From the NCBI GenBank assembly GCA_963768425.1, contig CAVYHV010000030.1:64001-128000 (forward strand): a stretch of 64,000 nucleotides of DNA, in the 5' to 3' direction. This document shows, piece by piece, positions 21,668-32,107 of this stretch. Source of the stretch: Candidatus Bathyarchaeota archaeon. Its GTDB lineage: Archaea > Thermoproteota > Bathyarchaeia > Bathyarchaeales > Bathycorpusculaceae. Position numbers and translations under genes: made by a program. How positions within the stretch are numbered: position 1 is the stretch's first letter; the number at the start of each line of letters is the position of its first letter. Under the pieces are notes generated by a model, which saw nothing but the letters and a program-made list of their open reading frames with translations, searched no databases and was not told where the DNA came from.

Positions 21668-22132
21668 TTAGATGATTTTTTCAGGCAAATAAGCCGTTCT
21701 TCTAGCCCACTTTCGAGCGTCAGCTAACTCTTGTGCATTTGGGTGACCACGCCTTGCGAAACCAAAGGTCTTGCCCAAACATTTGTAACGGTCATCAAGT
21801 AACCTCTGGTTTTTAGCTCCTAAAAGCTGTTTAACTCGGTTAAAGGTTAAGACATCGCTCTTGCCGCCGCCTGCCCAGGTTATAAAGAGAGCAAACTGCC
21901 TGTTGCCATCTTCCAAATTCAGCCGCTTTAAGAAACGAAGCATATCCGGACTTGGTTCCCCACCCCGAACCCATGTCCCAATAAACACCAGGTCAAAATC
22001 CTTAAGTGATATTGTTGAAAATTCTGAGTCTTCCGATATTTTGATTGCTTTGCAGTTTAATTCTTGGGCGATTTCGAGCGCAACTTTTTCAGTGTTCCCA
22101 CTTTTTGTCGAATAGATTACAACTGGATTCAT
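21668..22132 (-). CDS. Flavodoxin-family protein
   Basis: YSTKSGNTEKVA FMN-binding loop, DLVFIGT, GHPN. Confidence 0.9.
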   Translation of the reverse strand: MNPVVIYSTKSGNTEKVALEIAQELNCKAIKISEDSEFSTISLKDFDLVFIGTWVRGGEPSPDMLRFLKRLNLEDGNRQFALFITWAGGGKSDVLTFNRVKQLLGAKNQRLLDDRYKCLGKTFGFARRGHPNAQELADARKWARRTAYLPEKII

Positions 22133-22272
22133 CGGATTAGCCTACCAAACGAAGTGCAGCAAAAACTTTAAAGCCTTTCTAACAAAGCTTGAGCAAATCC
22201 CGCCAACGACTCCACAACCACAGATGTATCGTTTCTGTCAAAACTGAATATGATGTCCCAAATGCATGTTGG

Positions 22273-22851
22273 CTACGTAATGTTTTTTACTTGTTTGTAG
22301 CGGAAGCACCAGACTAAATGGTCGTTCACTAATCCAACTGCCTGCATGAAAGAGTAGCATACACTAGGACCGACGAACTTGAAGCCTCTGCTCTTCATCT
22401 CCTTGCTCATGATTTTGGCCTGCTCGTTTTCAGGCGGCATTTCCGAAAAAGATGTAAATCCGTGGTTAATGGTTTTGCCGTTTACGAATTTCCATATGAA
22501 AGTGTTGAAGGAGCCAAATTCTGTTTGTATTTCAAGAATTTGTTGAGCGTTGTTTATCGCCGAAAGAATTTTGGCTTTGTGTTTTATTACCCCGGGAGTT
22601 TCCATGAGTCTGCTGACGTCGTCTTCGGAGAATTTTGCAACCTTGATTGGGTCAAAGCCTTCGAAAGCTTTTCTAAGAGCGTTTCGTCTCTGAAGAATTA
22701 GCGACCAAGATAAGCCAGCTTGGAAACCCTCGAGGACTAAAAACTCAAAGAGCTTCTTGTCGTCATGCTGTGGAACACCCCACTCTTCATCATGATAAGC
22801 CGTGTAGAGAGGGTTTTCTGTGCCCCAACATCTTTTCAAACTCGAGGACAT
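22273..22851 (-). CDS. tag: DNA-3-methyladenine glycosylase I
   Basis: RCW, YHDEEWG, LEGFQAGLSW, GFKFVGP, MQAVGLVNDHL..C. Confidence 0.95.
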   Translation of the reverse strand: MSSSLKRCWGTENPLYTAYHDEEWGVPQHDDKKLFEFLVLEGFQAGLSWSLILQRRNALRKAFEGFDPIKVAKFSEDDVSRLMETPGVIKHKAKILSAINNAQQILEIQTEFGSFNTFIWKFVNGKTINHGFTSFSEMPPENEQAKIMSKEMKSRGFKFVGPSVCYSFMQAVGLVNDHLVWCFRYKQVKNIT

Positions 22852-22941
22852 GTAAGAGATTTTGAACAGCCTTTTGATTTAAGTGTTCCGTTACAACGAA
22901 CAATCAGAAACACTTCAATTATTTTTTGCGATTTTGACCGG

Positions 22942-22965
22942 GGGTCCAAATCCTGCCGAAGGCTC
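22942..22965 (+). repeat. tRNA-Thr 3'-end scar
   Basis: gggtccaaatcctgccgaaggctc versus tRNA gggtccaaatcccgccgaaggctc. Confidence 0.85.
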
Positions 22966-22981
22966 GACATCCATCGCTTTC

Positions 22982-23332
22982 CTAAAATTCTTTATCCATT
23001 TTTTCCAGAAGCGCTTTGATTGAGCGCTTTACAGGCGGTAAGTCCTCTTTTACAGCTTTCCAGAGCACCTGCATGTTTACGCCGAAGTATTCGTGAATGA
23101 GCTTATCTCTGGTTCCAGCCATCATTTTCCAAGGAATTTAAGGATACTTCTCCTTTGTTTCTGTTGGAATGCGTTTTGTTGCTTCACTGATAATCTCAAA
23201 GTTTCTAACTGTCGCGTCAACTGTTTTGTTGTCTTAAGAGAACTCTTCGGAGGTTACTCCTTCAACGTAGCTTTCTATCTTTTCTATGGCATCAAGAATA
23301 TCGTCGAGGTACAAGCGCGAGTCTCTTTTCAA
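22982..23332 (-). pseudogene. HepT/DUF86 HEPN toxin with two in-frame stops
   Basis: Read by hand: LYLDDILDAIEKI...FS*...RNFEIISEA...[22 protein letters not shown] (R-x4-H-x-Y). Confidence 0.8.
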
Positions 23333-23619
23333 ACGTAAATTGCCTCGTTCAATATGCTGTTTTTTATTCTTGGTTTAAGGGCGTCTCTCATAACCAAATC
23401 TACCTTTACACCAAGCTGCTGGCTTAGAAAATCTTCAAGCTCAATAAATTTGAAAAGGCTTATTGTCTCGTAAAAATCAACTAAAATATCAAGATCACTT
23501 GTTTTCTTCTGTTCCCCTCTCACATAGGAACCAAAAAAACCGACAGTTTTCACTTTGAACTTTTCTTTTAGTTCAGGTTTCAGCGATTCTATTTTGTCTT
23601 TAAAATAAGGAAAGCTCAA
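23329..23619 (-). CDS. MNT nucleotidyltransferase antitoxin
   Basis: FGSYVRGEQ..SDLDILVD, KVDLV..ALKPRI. Confidence 0.9.
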   Translation of the reverse strand: MSFPYFKDKIESLKPELKEKFKVKTVGFFGSYVRGEQKKTSDLDILVDFYETISLFKFIELEDFLSQQLGVKVDLVMRDALKPRIKNSILNEAIYV

Positions 23620-23682
23620 AGTATCCTCGAGCAGAAAATATGCAGTTAGTTGTATTTAGTTTTTTTCAACTAATTATTTATT

Positions 23683-23730
23683 TTGGTAAATAATGGTTGC
23701 GGGTCCGAATTCCGGCGAAGGCTCCAATTC
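23683..23730 (+). repeat. tRNA-Thr 3'-half duplication (attR of the tRNA-Thr island)
   Basis: ttggtaaataatggttgcgggtccgaattccggcgaaggctccaattc matches the tRNA from the anticodon loop through CCA plus downstream attc. Confidence 0.85.
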
Positions 23731-23833
23731 CCAGTCAGTATGATACTTCCCTTATGCTGTCATTTCCAAAACGAGGACAGGTTTTAAGATTAGATTGCAT
23801 TTAATTAGAATTAGATGATGGAACGTTGGTGAT

Positions 23834-24199
23834 GTGTTAATGGTGAGGAAGCATTTTCAAACGGTCGATGAATATATTGCTAGTTTTCCTGAGAATGTTC
23901 AAAACGTTTTGCAGCAGGTATGGCGAGCTATTCGGGAAGCTGCGCCAGGCGCTAAAGAGCTGATTAGTTACCAGATTCCCGGTTTCACATTGAGGGGAAG
24001 CTTGGTTTGGTTTGCCGCTTTCAAAGATCACATTGGGTTTTATCCAAAAGCATCAGGCATAGAGGAATTCAAAGAGAAACTGTCGGCTTACGAAATAAGC
24101 AAAGGAACCGTCAGGTTTCCCCTTGACAAGCCGATTCCGCTTGACTTGATCCAGGAAATAGTGCGGTTTAGGGTTAGGGAAAACTGCAAAAGCCATTAA
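23834..24199 (+). CDS. DUF1801/YdhG-family protein
   Basis: TVDEYI...AIREAAP.AKELISYQIP..FAAFKDHIGFYP..SKGTVRFP. Confidence 0.85.
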   Translation: MLMVRKHFQTVDEYIASFPENVQNVLQQVWRAIREAAPGAKELISYQIPGFTLRGSLVWFAAFKDHIGFYPKASGIEEFKEKLSAYEISKGTVRFPLDKPIPLDLIQEIVRFRVRENCKSH

Positions 24200-24265
24200 A
24201 ACAAGATTCCACAAAGCCACTGCACATCTTAAATATCTAAATCGCCTATTTGTTACTGGGGAGGA

Positions 24266-24472
24266 ATGGTGTTGGAGTTACAACGTTTGTGCTTCAAAGA
24301 GTTCCCCGACCAGTGCATCGGATGCCCCGAATACACTGAGATTCGTCAAGATCAAAGCTCTGAGATTGCTTTCCTCGCAGGCATGAGCACTTTTGTCTTG
24401 CCGCAATTCACAGGCAAAATAGTAAAAGAATGCAAAAGGTACCACAAGCGCAAAGTCGAATACATAACATAA
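24266..24472 (+). CDS. Small Cys-containing hypothetical protein
   Basis: Preceded by GGAGG; C..C..C pattern. Confidence 0.45.
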   Translation: MVLELQRLCFKEFPDQCIGCPEYTEIRQDQSSEIAFLAGMSTFVLPQFTGKIVKECKRYHKRKVEYIT

Positions 24473-24658
24473 AGCTCCATAGCGAACTGAGCCGTATCAA
24501 CGAATTCCGTGCAGACCACGGGCCAACTGATTGCCGGGAAGAAATTGATTATCTACTTTGCACGCCAAACACTTGATTTCACTTAAAACTTAATCCGTAG
24601 TTATGGCGCCGCTATTTAGAACCGATTTTGATATGGGTCAGAGAGCTCCGGTGGGATT

Positions 24659-26041
24659 TTGGTCCTTTCTACCGAACATTTGGGGAATCAAAACCGTTTG
24701 CTCCTGTATGGTTTACCTAAAAACTATTCATGTAATTTTGAAAAACCTTCTTATCCCAAGACAGAGAGTATTTTTCAGAACACGGAGGGGAAAACCATCA
24801 AATTCGCAGCGAAACAGGAAATTTCCATTTTAGCCGCGGTCCTCGCCGTCTCCTTTCTAATCAGGGTTGCCTTGTTCCCGCTTAAAGGCTACACTATAGA
24901 CACGAACGACTTCCTCGCCTGGTTCAACATCGCGGCAACACATGGAATAAGACCCTTTTACAGCTCGGCAGGCTTTGCTGACTACCCGCCGTTTAATGTT
25001 TACATTTTCTGGTTCTTCGGCTCCATCGCCAATGCGGCGTCAAGAGTCGGCATCAACCCTGCCTACATCGTAAAATTGGCGCCTAACATCTTCGATTTGG
25101 GCACGGCGGTTTTAATCTTCGTTTTTGTGCGCAAACAATCAACCTTCAAACTTGCGTTGGTGGCGACGGCGCTGTACACCTTCAACCCAGCCGTAATCTA
25201 CGACGCCGCTGTCTGGGGGCAATTCGACGCCATCTACACATTCTTTCTCGTGCTTTCCCTGATGCTTGCGCTGAGAAGCAGACCGAAGCTTTCCGCGGTA
25301 GCCTTCGCCCTTGGGATCCTGACTAAGCCCCAGGGGATAGCTCTGTTGCCGCTGGTGGCGTTTCTGATTTACAAGAAAAACGGGCTCAAAGAGCTGCTTC
25401 TTTCCGTTGTTACTTTTGCTGCAACGGTTTTCGTGGTTATTCTTCCTTTCAACTGGGGAGGTAGCCCAATCTCTTTCCTAACCAACATCTACTTCGTGGC
25501 TTACAGCGGGTACAAGTACACTTCAATTAATGCGTTCAATTTGTGGGGTTTGATTTCGGGCATGTGGGTGCCAGACGGAAACCTCTACATCGTGGGGTGG
25601 GTGCTTTTTGGGGTCTTCGCCGTTTTTACTCTTTACTTGTTGAACAAACGTTTCAAAACTTCAAATGATTGGATGGCTGTTTATGCCGCGTTCATGCTTC
25701 TCTTCGCGTTTTTCATGCTTCCGACAAGAATTCATGAACGGTACCTGTTCCCGGCTATAAGTGCGATGGCGTTGATGGTTCCTTTCATAAAAAGGGCAAG
25801 GGCAATCTACGCGGTTTTAACAGCGACTTTCCTCGTCAACGAAGCCTACGTTCTGTACTGGCTAAACAAAGCTTATCCTGGCGCTCCGAACTTGACTGGT
25901 GATCCAGTGGTTTTGTTGGTGAGCGCGATTAATTTATTAATGCTCATTTACGCTTCATTTGTGATGTGGGACGAGGGGACATGGCTTAAAGCTGAACAGC
26001 CGCCGCCCTTGCAATCTGCCGAGCGAGGTGAGCCAACGTGA
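24659..26041 (+). CDS. GT-C fold integral-membrane glycosyltransferase (mannosyltransferase-like)
   Basis: DYPP, FNPAVIYDAAVWGQFD, KPQ, PTRIHERY; many TM helices. Confidence 0.85.
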   Translation: MVLSTEHLGNQNRLLLYGLPKNYSCNFEKPSYPKTESIFQNTEGKTIKFAAKQEISILAAVLAVSFLIRVALFPLKGYTIDTNDFLAWFNIAATHGIRPFYSSAGFADYPPFNVYIFWFFGSIANAASRVGINPAYIVKLAPNIFDLGTAVLIFVFVRKQSTFKLALVATALYTFNPAVIYDAAVWGQFDAIYTFFLVLSLMLALRSRPKLSAVAFALGILTKPQGIALLPLVAFLIYKKNGLKELLLSVVTFAATVFVVILPFNWGGSPISFLTNIYFVAYSGYKYTSINAFNLWGLISGMWVPDGNLYIVGWVLFGVFAVFTLYLLNKRFKTSNDWMAVYAAFMLLFAFFMLPTRIHERYLFPAISAMALMVPFIKRARAIYAVLTATFLVNEAYVLYWLNKAYPGAPNLTGDPVVLLVSAINLLMLIYASFVMWDEGTWLKAEQPPPLQSAERGEPT

Positions 26042-27881
26042 ACTTTGAATTGAACATCAACAAGAAAGACGTAATAACCATCATTTTAGTTTCGGTAGTT
26101 TTCTTCGGCATAGCTTCTTGGAACGTGGGTTCAATTCAGTATCCAGTTACAAATTGGCAATCCACTCAACCAGAAAGCTTCTATGTCAACCTCGGCGGAA
26201 TGCAAAACGTTCAAACCGTGTATTTCTTTGTTGAAAGCGGCAACGCATCCGTCACGATATATTCTGGGTCTCCAGAAAACTGGACTTCTGTCGGAAATTT
26301 AATTCTTCAACCCTTAGGTACAGATTACTCAGTTTTTGAACAATGCACAATTAATGCGGTTACTCAGTTTTTGAGCTTTGATGTTAAGCCAACAAATTAT
26401 GATTCTCGACCTGATTTCTATTGGAGTGTTCCCAACCCTTCGGATCGGCTGCCGTCACCTTTCATTCAAATCTCTGAAATTGGTCTGCAAGGCCAGAATA
26501 ACAAGCAAATTCGGATCCTGACAATTACAGGCGAAAACACTACAGACCCAACTTTATCTAAGCTGATTGATGAGCAGAGCAAACTGCAGATCCCGCCTGA
26601 TTACATGTCTAAGATGTATTTTGATGAGGTCTATTTTGCCAGGTCTGCTGAACAATACCTGCACGGTCAGATACCTGATGAGAGGACTCATCCTCCGCTT
26701 GGAAAATTGATTCAAGCCTCAGGCATAGCAATTTTCGGCGAAACTCCATTTGGTTGGCGAATAATGGGCGTAATATTCGGGACTTTACTTGTTCCCTTGA
26801 TGTACCTTATAGGAAAGAAGCTTTTTGGAACGTGGATTGCAGGTTTCTCAGCGGCATTTCTGTTTACATTCGATTTTATGCATTTTACAATGGCGAGAAT
26901 AGGAACCGTAGATACGTATGTAGTATTCTTCTCTTTGCTTTCACAGCTATTTTTCCTAGTTTACTTTATGAAAGTCATTAAAGACGGTTGGAAAACTTCT
27001 GTCCTGCCGTTATTCTTAGCAGTAATCTTCTTTGCGTTAGGAGTCTCGACAAAGTGGTTCACAATTTTCAGCGCCCTTGGCATGCTCGCACTGCTAGCGG
27101 CTTACAGGATTAAAGGCGTCAAAAAACTAAAAGCAAGCCTTGGCGAAAAATACGTTGCTTTCTTTAACTATCCCTTTTTCCTGCTGCTAGGGTTCATAGG
27201 TTTAGCGGTTGTAATTTACTTTGCAACCTATATTCCTGACATGCTCGCAGGAGACTCTTTTGGTTCGATTCTTAATCTGCAGAACGCAATGGCAGGTTTC
27301 AGTCAGGGACGGTAGACCAAAATTCCTCGACTCCATGGTGGTCGTGGCCTTTGATGATTGGCGGTCCAAATCTGCAGGTTCCGCATTGGTTTGATATAAC
27401 CTACCTGCCAAATAACGTTGACTCTACAATCACAACGATGGGTAATCCAGCTGTTTGGTGGATTGGCTTCGTTTGCGTGCTCACGCTTGCCGTAATTGTG
27501 GTGTATGAAACCGGGTTGGTTCAAAAGTTTGTGAAATATTTATCTGGACAAAAAATGGGGGCGCAAAATAAATTTAGATTGGAGTTACCTGCAGTGTACA
27601 TTGTTGTTGTGTTCTTTTTCTCATGGCTTCCTTACATCGTAATTTCCAGGTCAACTTACATTTACCATTTCTATTTGAGCGTGCCACTTCTCTGCTTAGC
27701 AACAACTTATTTCATTAACAAATACTGGAACACTCGTCTTGGGAAAGCCGCTGCCATAGCCCTATTTGTTTCAGTCGTGATTCTATTCATAGTTTTTTAC
27801 CCGGTAATTTCAGGAATGCCCGCCCCCGTAACATACATTCATAAACTCAAGTGGCTTCCAGGTTGGTTCTTTGCTCCATGA
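26038..27881 (+). CDS. Dolichyl-phosphate-mannose-protein mannosyltransferase (PMT/GT39-like), split near 27310
   Basis: YFDEVYF, THPPLGK, PFGWR, HFTMARIGTVD, GNPAVWW, YIYHFY. Confidence 0.85.
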
Positions 27882-28615
27882 TCCAAAACAGCCTCGGCAA
27901 CACGGTGGTGGTTTCTGTCGTTCTTCCAGCTTACAACGAGGCGGATGAGTTGGGCGCGGCTGTGGCAGAAGTAAGTCAAGCCCTAACAGCAGCAGGCTAC
28001 CCCTACGAAATCGTCATCGCTGAAGACGGCAGCACCGACGGAACAGCCGAGCTCTCCGAACAATTAACCCAAAAGTATCCATTTGTCAGGCATATACACC
28101 GAGAAAAAAGGCTGGGAAGAGGAACAGCGCTGAACAATGCGTTCCAGAATTGCAGCGGCGAAGTTTTGGTTTACATGGATTTGGACCTTGCCACTGACCT
28201 CAAATCGCTAAAACCTCTCATTGACGCCATCGCCGTTGAAGGGTACGAGGTTTCGACGGGTTCAAGGATGCTTCCTGAAAGCAAGGTTGAACGATCAACC
28301 CGCAGAAGCATAAGCTCCAAAAGCTACAATTTCCTTGTCAGACGCATGTTGGGCTCCAAAGTGCGGGACCACCAATGCGGTTTCAAAGCCTTCAAAAAAG
28401 AAGCCTTCTTGGCTCTGTTGGGCGAGGTGAAGGCTACTCACTGGTTTTGGGACACGGAGATACTTGTGAGGGCACAACGTCATGGCTTCAAGGTTAAAGA
28501 GATCCAGGTTGAATGGACAAGCGGCAAAGGTACAAAAGTTAATTTTGCTAAGGATTCTTGGAACATGTTTTGGCAAGTAACCGAGCTTTGGTGGACTCTT
28601 AAAAGAAAAGGCTAA
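27878..28615 (+). CDS. GT2 dolichyl-phosphate glycosyltransferase
   Basis: VVLPAYNE, EDGSTDGT, MDLDL, GSR, DHQCGFKAF, WDTEIL. Confidence 0.9.
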   Translation: MIQNSLGNTVVVSVVLPAYNEADELGAAVAEVSQALTAAGYPYEIVIAEDGSTDGTAELSEQLTQKYPFVRHIHREKRLGRGTALNNAFQNCSGEVLVYMDLDLATDLKSLKPLIDAIAVEGYEVSTGSRMLPESKVERSTRRSISSKSYNFLVRRMLGSKVRDHQCGFKAFKKEAFLALLGEVKATHWFWDTEILVRAQRHGFKVKEIQVEWTSGKGTKVNFAKDSWNMFWQVTELWWTLKRKG

Positions 28616-29127
28616 GGCTGCCGACTTGCGATAAGAACAAATGACCTTGCAACTAACGATAAGCCGCCGATCAAAATTACTCCAGCCCAAAACACGAACC
28701 ACTCACTAATTATTGTGACATTCACCAGATAGGTGAGTACTATGTAGCTTGTTCCAAGCCAGAAAACGAGATTTTCAATTGTCTCCGCTTTTCTGGGAAG
28801 CGGTGAGCAAAGCCAGACTCTGAGAACTAAAACCCCGACTTCAATTATGCCTAAGCCCAGGCAAAACTGAAATGCTACCTTGTACAGCGAGATGAAGGCT
28901 GCTGGGTTTTCTGGAGCTGGTAATTGAAGGCCTGTTCCAGGGACTGTGGCTAAAACGAAATTGTTGAGGAAATGGTTAAAGCTGTTCCATAGGTTTGAGC
29001 GGTCGTTGATAAAGTAGAGAACTGCAAGCATAACAAAAATGAGGCCTATATACAGGGCTGAAATCAAGTTTTCTTTTTTCTTATCAGGCATCGCTTGCAA
29101 CATGTCGAACTTGCTTTTGAAGCCCAT
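28612..29127 (-). CDS. Hypothetical membrane protein
   Basis: Four hydrophobic segments. Confidence 0.6.
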   Translation of the reverse strand: MGFKSKFDMLQAMPDKKKENLISALYIGLIFVMLAVLYFINDRSNLWNSFNHFLNNFVLATVPGTGLQLPAPENPAAFISLYKVAFQFCLGLGIIEVGVLVLRVWLCSPLPRKAETIENLVFWLGTSYIVLTYLVNVTIISEWFVFWAGVILIGGLSLVARSFVLIASRQP

Positions 29128-29240
29128 TTGTTATCCACTCGTCTATAGTCTCTTGTAACATATATCTTTCTCTGCAAGGAAAAAACGCATGTTTTTAAAT
29201 AGTCTCAGCGGATAGAATACGGTGACGTTGGAGGATCTGC

Positions 29241-29678
29241 ATGCCCTATTGCTTGAAGTGCGGAAGCAAAGTCGAGGACACCAATACTTTCTGCCCAGAA
29301 TGCGGAACCCAACTCAAAGACGCACCACAAAGTGCAGCGCCCACACCTGAGTCTACTCAGAACGAGCAGACTGCTCAGGAGAATCCGCAACAGCAGACGC
29401 CGACAGGCGCACCTGTGATTATGAAGCAGCAGAAACCTGAGGCAGGCTTTATCAGATATCTGGTCAGCGGGTTAATATTAATTACAGTAGGCGTTTCCGC
29501 GATAATTGAATTAACTAACCCCTCAATAGCGGTAGGTACCCTTTTGGCTGTCATGGTGCTTGCGATAGGTTTGATTGTCATACTCGGCTCCGTCTACTAC
29601 GCTTTTTCAGGAAGAAAACGGGCGCACATCCAATCAGTAGCGTCACCTGAGAAAAAGCCGTCTCAGCCCGAGGTCTAA
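29241..29678 (+). CDS. Zinc-ribbon membrane protein
   Basis: YCLKCG...FCPECG, Q/P-rich linker, two TM helices. Confidence 0.75.
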   Translation: MPYCLKCGSKVEDTNTFCPECGTQLKDAPQSAAPTPESTQNEQTAQENPQQQTPTGAPVIMKQQKPEAGFIRYLVSGLILITVGVSAIIELTNPSIAVGTLLAVMVLAIGLIVILGSVYYAFSGRKRAHIQSVASPEKKPSQPEV

Positions 29679-29829
29679 AACAAAATCATTCTGTCATCCA
29701 AACACTTGATGATAGTCTCGGTTAGCAGAATAGTGCTTCGCAACATTTCCCAGTTACAAATCTGCTTATATGCTTCTCCTTTAAATAATAAAACAGCAGA
29801 AACCAACATCACTTGGGGATTTGGAAATC

Positions 29830-30756
29830 ATGAGTGAATTTGTCCAAGCGACGGCAGACAGAATAAGGAAACTAGAAGTTCAAGGGGCACGAAACGTTGC
29901 GATCGCGGCCCTTAAAGCGGTCCAAGCCCTCGCAGATAACACGAAGGCAAAAGACAAGAATGCTTTCCTATGCGAACTCAGAGAAGCTCAAAACACGCTT
30001 TTTGCGTCAAGAGAAACTGAACCTTTGATGAGAAACGCCATTCGATACGTTATCACGCAAGCCGAAGACAGCAGCACCGAAAACGTCGACGTGTTAGGCG
30101 AGTTAGTTGATTCAAACGTCAGTTTGTTTTTGCAGAACCTTGAGGCTTCACGGGAACGAACCGCGGAAATAGGGGCCAAACGGATCCGCGACGGTATGTT
30201 GGTTTTTACCCATTGTCACTCGTCAACGGTAACACGCATGATTGCCAAAGCCAAAGCCGATGGCAAAAACTTTAGCGTAATTTGCACCGAAACCCGACCT
30301 GCTTACCAGGGAAGGATAACCGCACGGGAAATAGTTGAACTAGGGGTCCAAACAATTTTTATTGTCGATTCAGCTGCTCGTTCCTACATGGGAGACGTTG
30401 ACATTGTTTTTGTCGGCGCCGACGCCATCACCTCCGAGGGCAACGTTGTAAACAAGATTGGCACCAGCAGCATAGCAGTGTTGGCGCATGAAGCCAGAAA
30501 ACCATTCTACGTTGTTTCGGAACTGCTGAAGTTCGATCCGGAAACTCTCAACGGGGGATACGAACGAATTGAGCAGCGAAACCCAGCGGAAGTGTGGAGT
30601 GAAGCGCCAAAGAACCTGTCGGTGCGGAACCCAGCTTTTGACGTTACTCCAAGCCGTTACATTCACGGACTAATTAGCGAAGAAGGCATCATCGCACCTC
30701 AATCAATAGTTGAAACCGTGAATCGAAGCTACCCATGGGTCCTCAAGCAGATTTAG
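29830..30756 (+). CDS. e2b2: Ribose-1,5-bisphosphate isomerase (eIF-2B family)
   Basis: VQGARNVA, SRETEP, THCHSSTV, ETRP.YQG, VGADAI, NKIGT, NPAFDVTP; adjacent to rbcL. Confidence 0.92.
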   Translation: MSEFVQATADRIRKLEVQGARNVAIAALKAVQALADNTKAKDKNAFLCELREAQNTLFASRETEPLMRNAIRYVITQAEDSSTENVDVLGELVDSNVSLFLQNLEASRERTAEIGAKRIRDGMLVFTHCHSSTVTRMIAKAKADGKNFSVICTETRPAYQGRITAREIVELGVQTIFIVDSAARSYMGDVDIVFVGADAITSEGNVVNKIGTSSIAVLAHEARKPFYVVSELLKFDPETLNGGYERIEQRNPAEVWSEAPKNLSVRNPAFDVTPSRYIHGLISEEGIIAPQSIVETVNRSYPWVLKQI

Positions 30757-31976
30757 GCTTTCCAGTGCTCCAACGCAGCTTTTAGTTCGCTGTGGGTTTT
30801 CGCGTACTCTTCCAACGTCATTCCTTTCAAAATAGCATCAACTGCTTGCCGCATTGCTTTTGAACCGGCTACTGTTCCGTTGGGGTGTCCGTGGATTCCG
30901 CCTCCTGCTTGGATGACCACGTCATTGCCGAAGGTTTCAAGCAGTGCTGGAACTAAGCGCGGGTGTATTCCTCCTGAAGCAACGGGTATAACAGGCTTCA
31001 ACGTGCCCATTGATGATTTGCATGCATCGATGTTTTCGAGGACTTCAGCTTTGGTTTCACTCATTTTACCAACAACCGTGCCAACGTGGAGTTGGTCAAC
31101 CCCGATTACCCGTGCAACAGTGGCAATGGGACGCATGGCGATGCCGTGTTGCTGGTTCTTGGTGAATGCGGCGTGCCCTGCCCTGTGTGCGTGGATGACA
31201 AGTTTGAAGTTTTGATCTCTCAATGTTTGCAATGATGACCAGCCCGTCGTCAAGATATCAACCATAACGTATTCGCCGCCCTGAGCCACAACTGCTTCCG
31301 CACGTTTCAGCATGAGGTTGGTTTCGGCGGTGATGTTGACCATGTAGACTTTGCGTTCCCCTGTTTCCTGCTGCGCCTTGTCACGGCTTTCCAGTGTCTG
31401 TGAGAGTCGTTCTTCGAAGGGGTTGAAGGTTTGGCTGCTTAGGTTTTCATCGTCTTTTACGACGTCGCATCCGCCGCTCCAAGCGTTATAAGCGACTTTA
31501 GCGTGGTCTATTGTTTTCAATCCGAGTTTAGGCTTGATTATTGTGCCGACCAGTGGGCGGCTTGGAATTTTTAGAAGGTTGCGGATTCCCGCTATGCCAA
31601 TGGCGGGTCCTTTGAAGCTGCCCAGTAAGGCTTTTGGGAAATGAATGTCGAGGAGGCGCAGGTTTTTGAGTGCTTTTAGCCCAAAGACGTTACCTGCTAC
31701 GCTGCTCAGTATATTGGGCATGTTTGCGGGTTCAAAAAGTTCTATTGGGTATGCGATTTTGATTACATTGCCTTCTATGCCGAAAACGTGGGCTGCCAGA
31801 CGTTTCACGTAGGGCTTCTCGGTTGTGAGTTCAGTCCACGTGCCGACTGAGCTTTCTGCGGCTACCCCGCCTGCGGCTTCTTGGAGGCTTATGCCTTCGG
31901 GTTCAACGTAGAAGGTGCAGGTTAGGTCGGTTTCTTTAGGTTTGTAAGTTGGGTCGATAAAGTCAAGGTATTTCAC
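30753..31976 (-). CDS. rbcL: RuBisCO form III large subunit
   Basis: AAESSVGTW, GN, IIKPKLG, VKDDEN, HAHRAGHA, VGKM, ASGG, GGGIHGHP all present. Confidence 0.96.
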   Translation of the reverse strand: MKYLDFIDPTYKPKETDLTCTFYVEPEGISLQEAAGGVAAESSVGTWTELTTEKPYVKRLAAHVFGIEGNVIKIAYPIELFEPANMPNILSSVAGNVFGLKALKNLRLLDIHFPKALLGSFKGPAIGIAGIRNLLKIPSRPLVGTIIKPKLGLKTIDHAKVAYNAWSGGCDVVKDDENLSSQTFNPFEERLSQTLESRDKAQQETGERKVYMVNITAETNLMLKRAEAVVAQGGEYVMVDILTTGWSSLQTLRDQNFKLVIHAHRAGHAAFTKNQQHGIAMRPIATVARVIGVDQLHVGTVVGKMSETKAEVLENIDACKSSMGTLKPVIPVASGGIHPRLVPALLETFGNDVVIQAGGGIHGHPNGTVAGSKAMRQAVDAILKGMTLEEYAKTHSELKAALEHWKA

Positions 31977-32014
31977 AGTTTTCCACTCTTAGGCTAGGTT
32001 CAACTGGTTTTTCC

Positions 32015-32053
32015 TTAAAATCTTTAACTATCACTAGCGTTGCCTAGCTAAAA
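32015..32053 (+). repeat. att site 1 (left boundary)
   Basis: ttaaaatctttaactat + 12 nt + degenerate arm ctagctaaaa. Confidence 0.8.
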
Positions 32054-32107
32054 AGTCTGACACCATTGAAGAAAGAGTTCAAGAAGAAATGTTTGGCGTT
32101 GATCAAG

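Noticed and set aside
30753-31976. RuBisCO-like protein (form IV) or Calvin cycle
   Set aside because: Catalytic motifs are complete, the partners are R15P isomerase and AMP phosphorylase, and no phosphoribulokinase is in the window.
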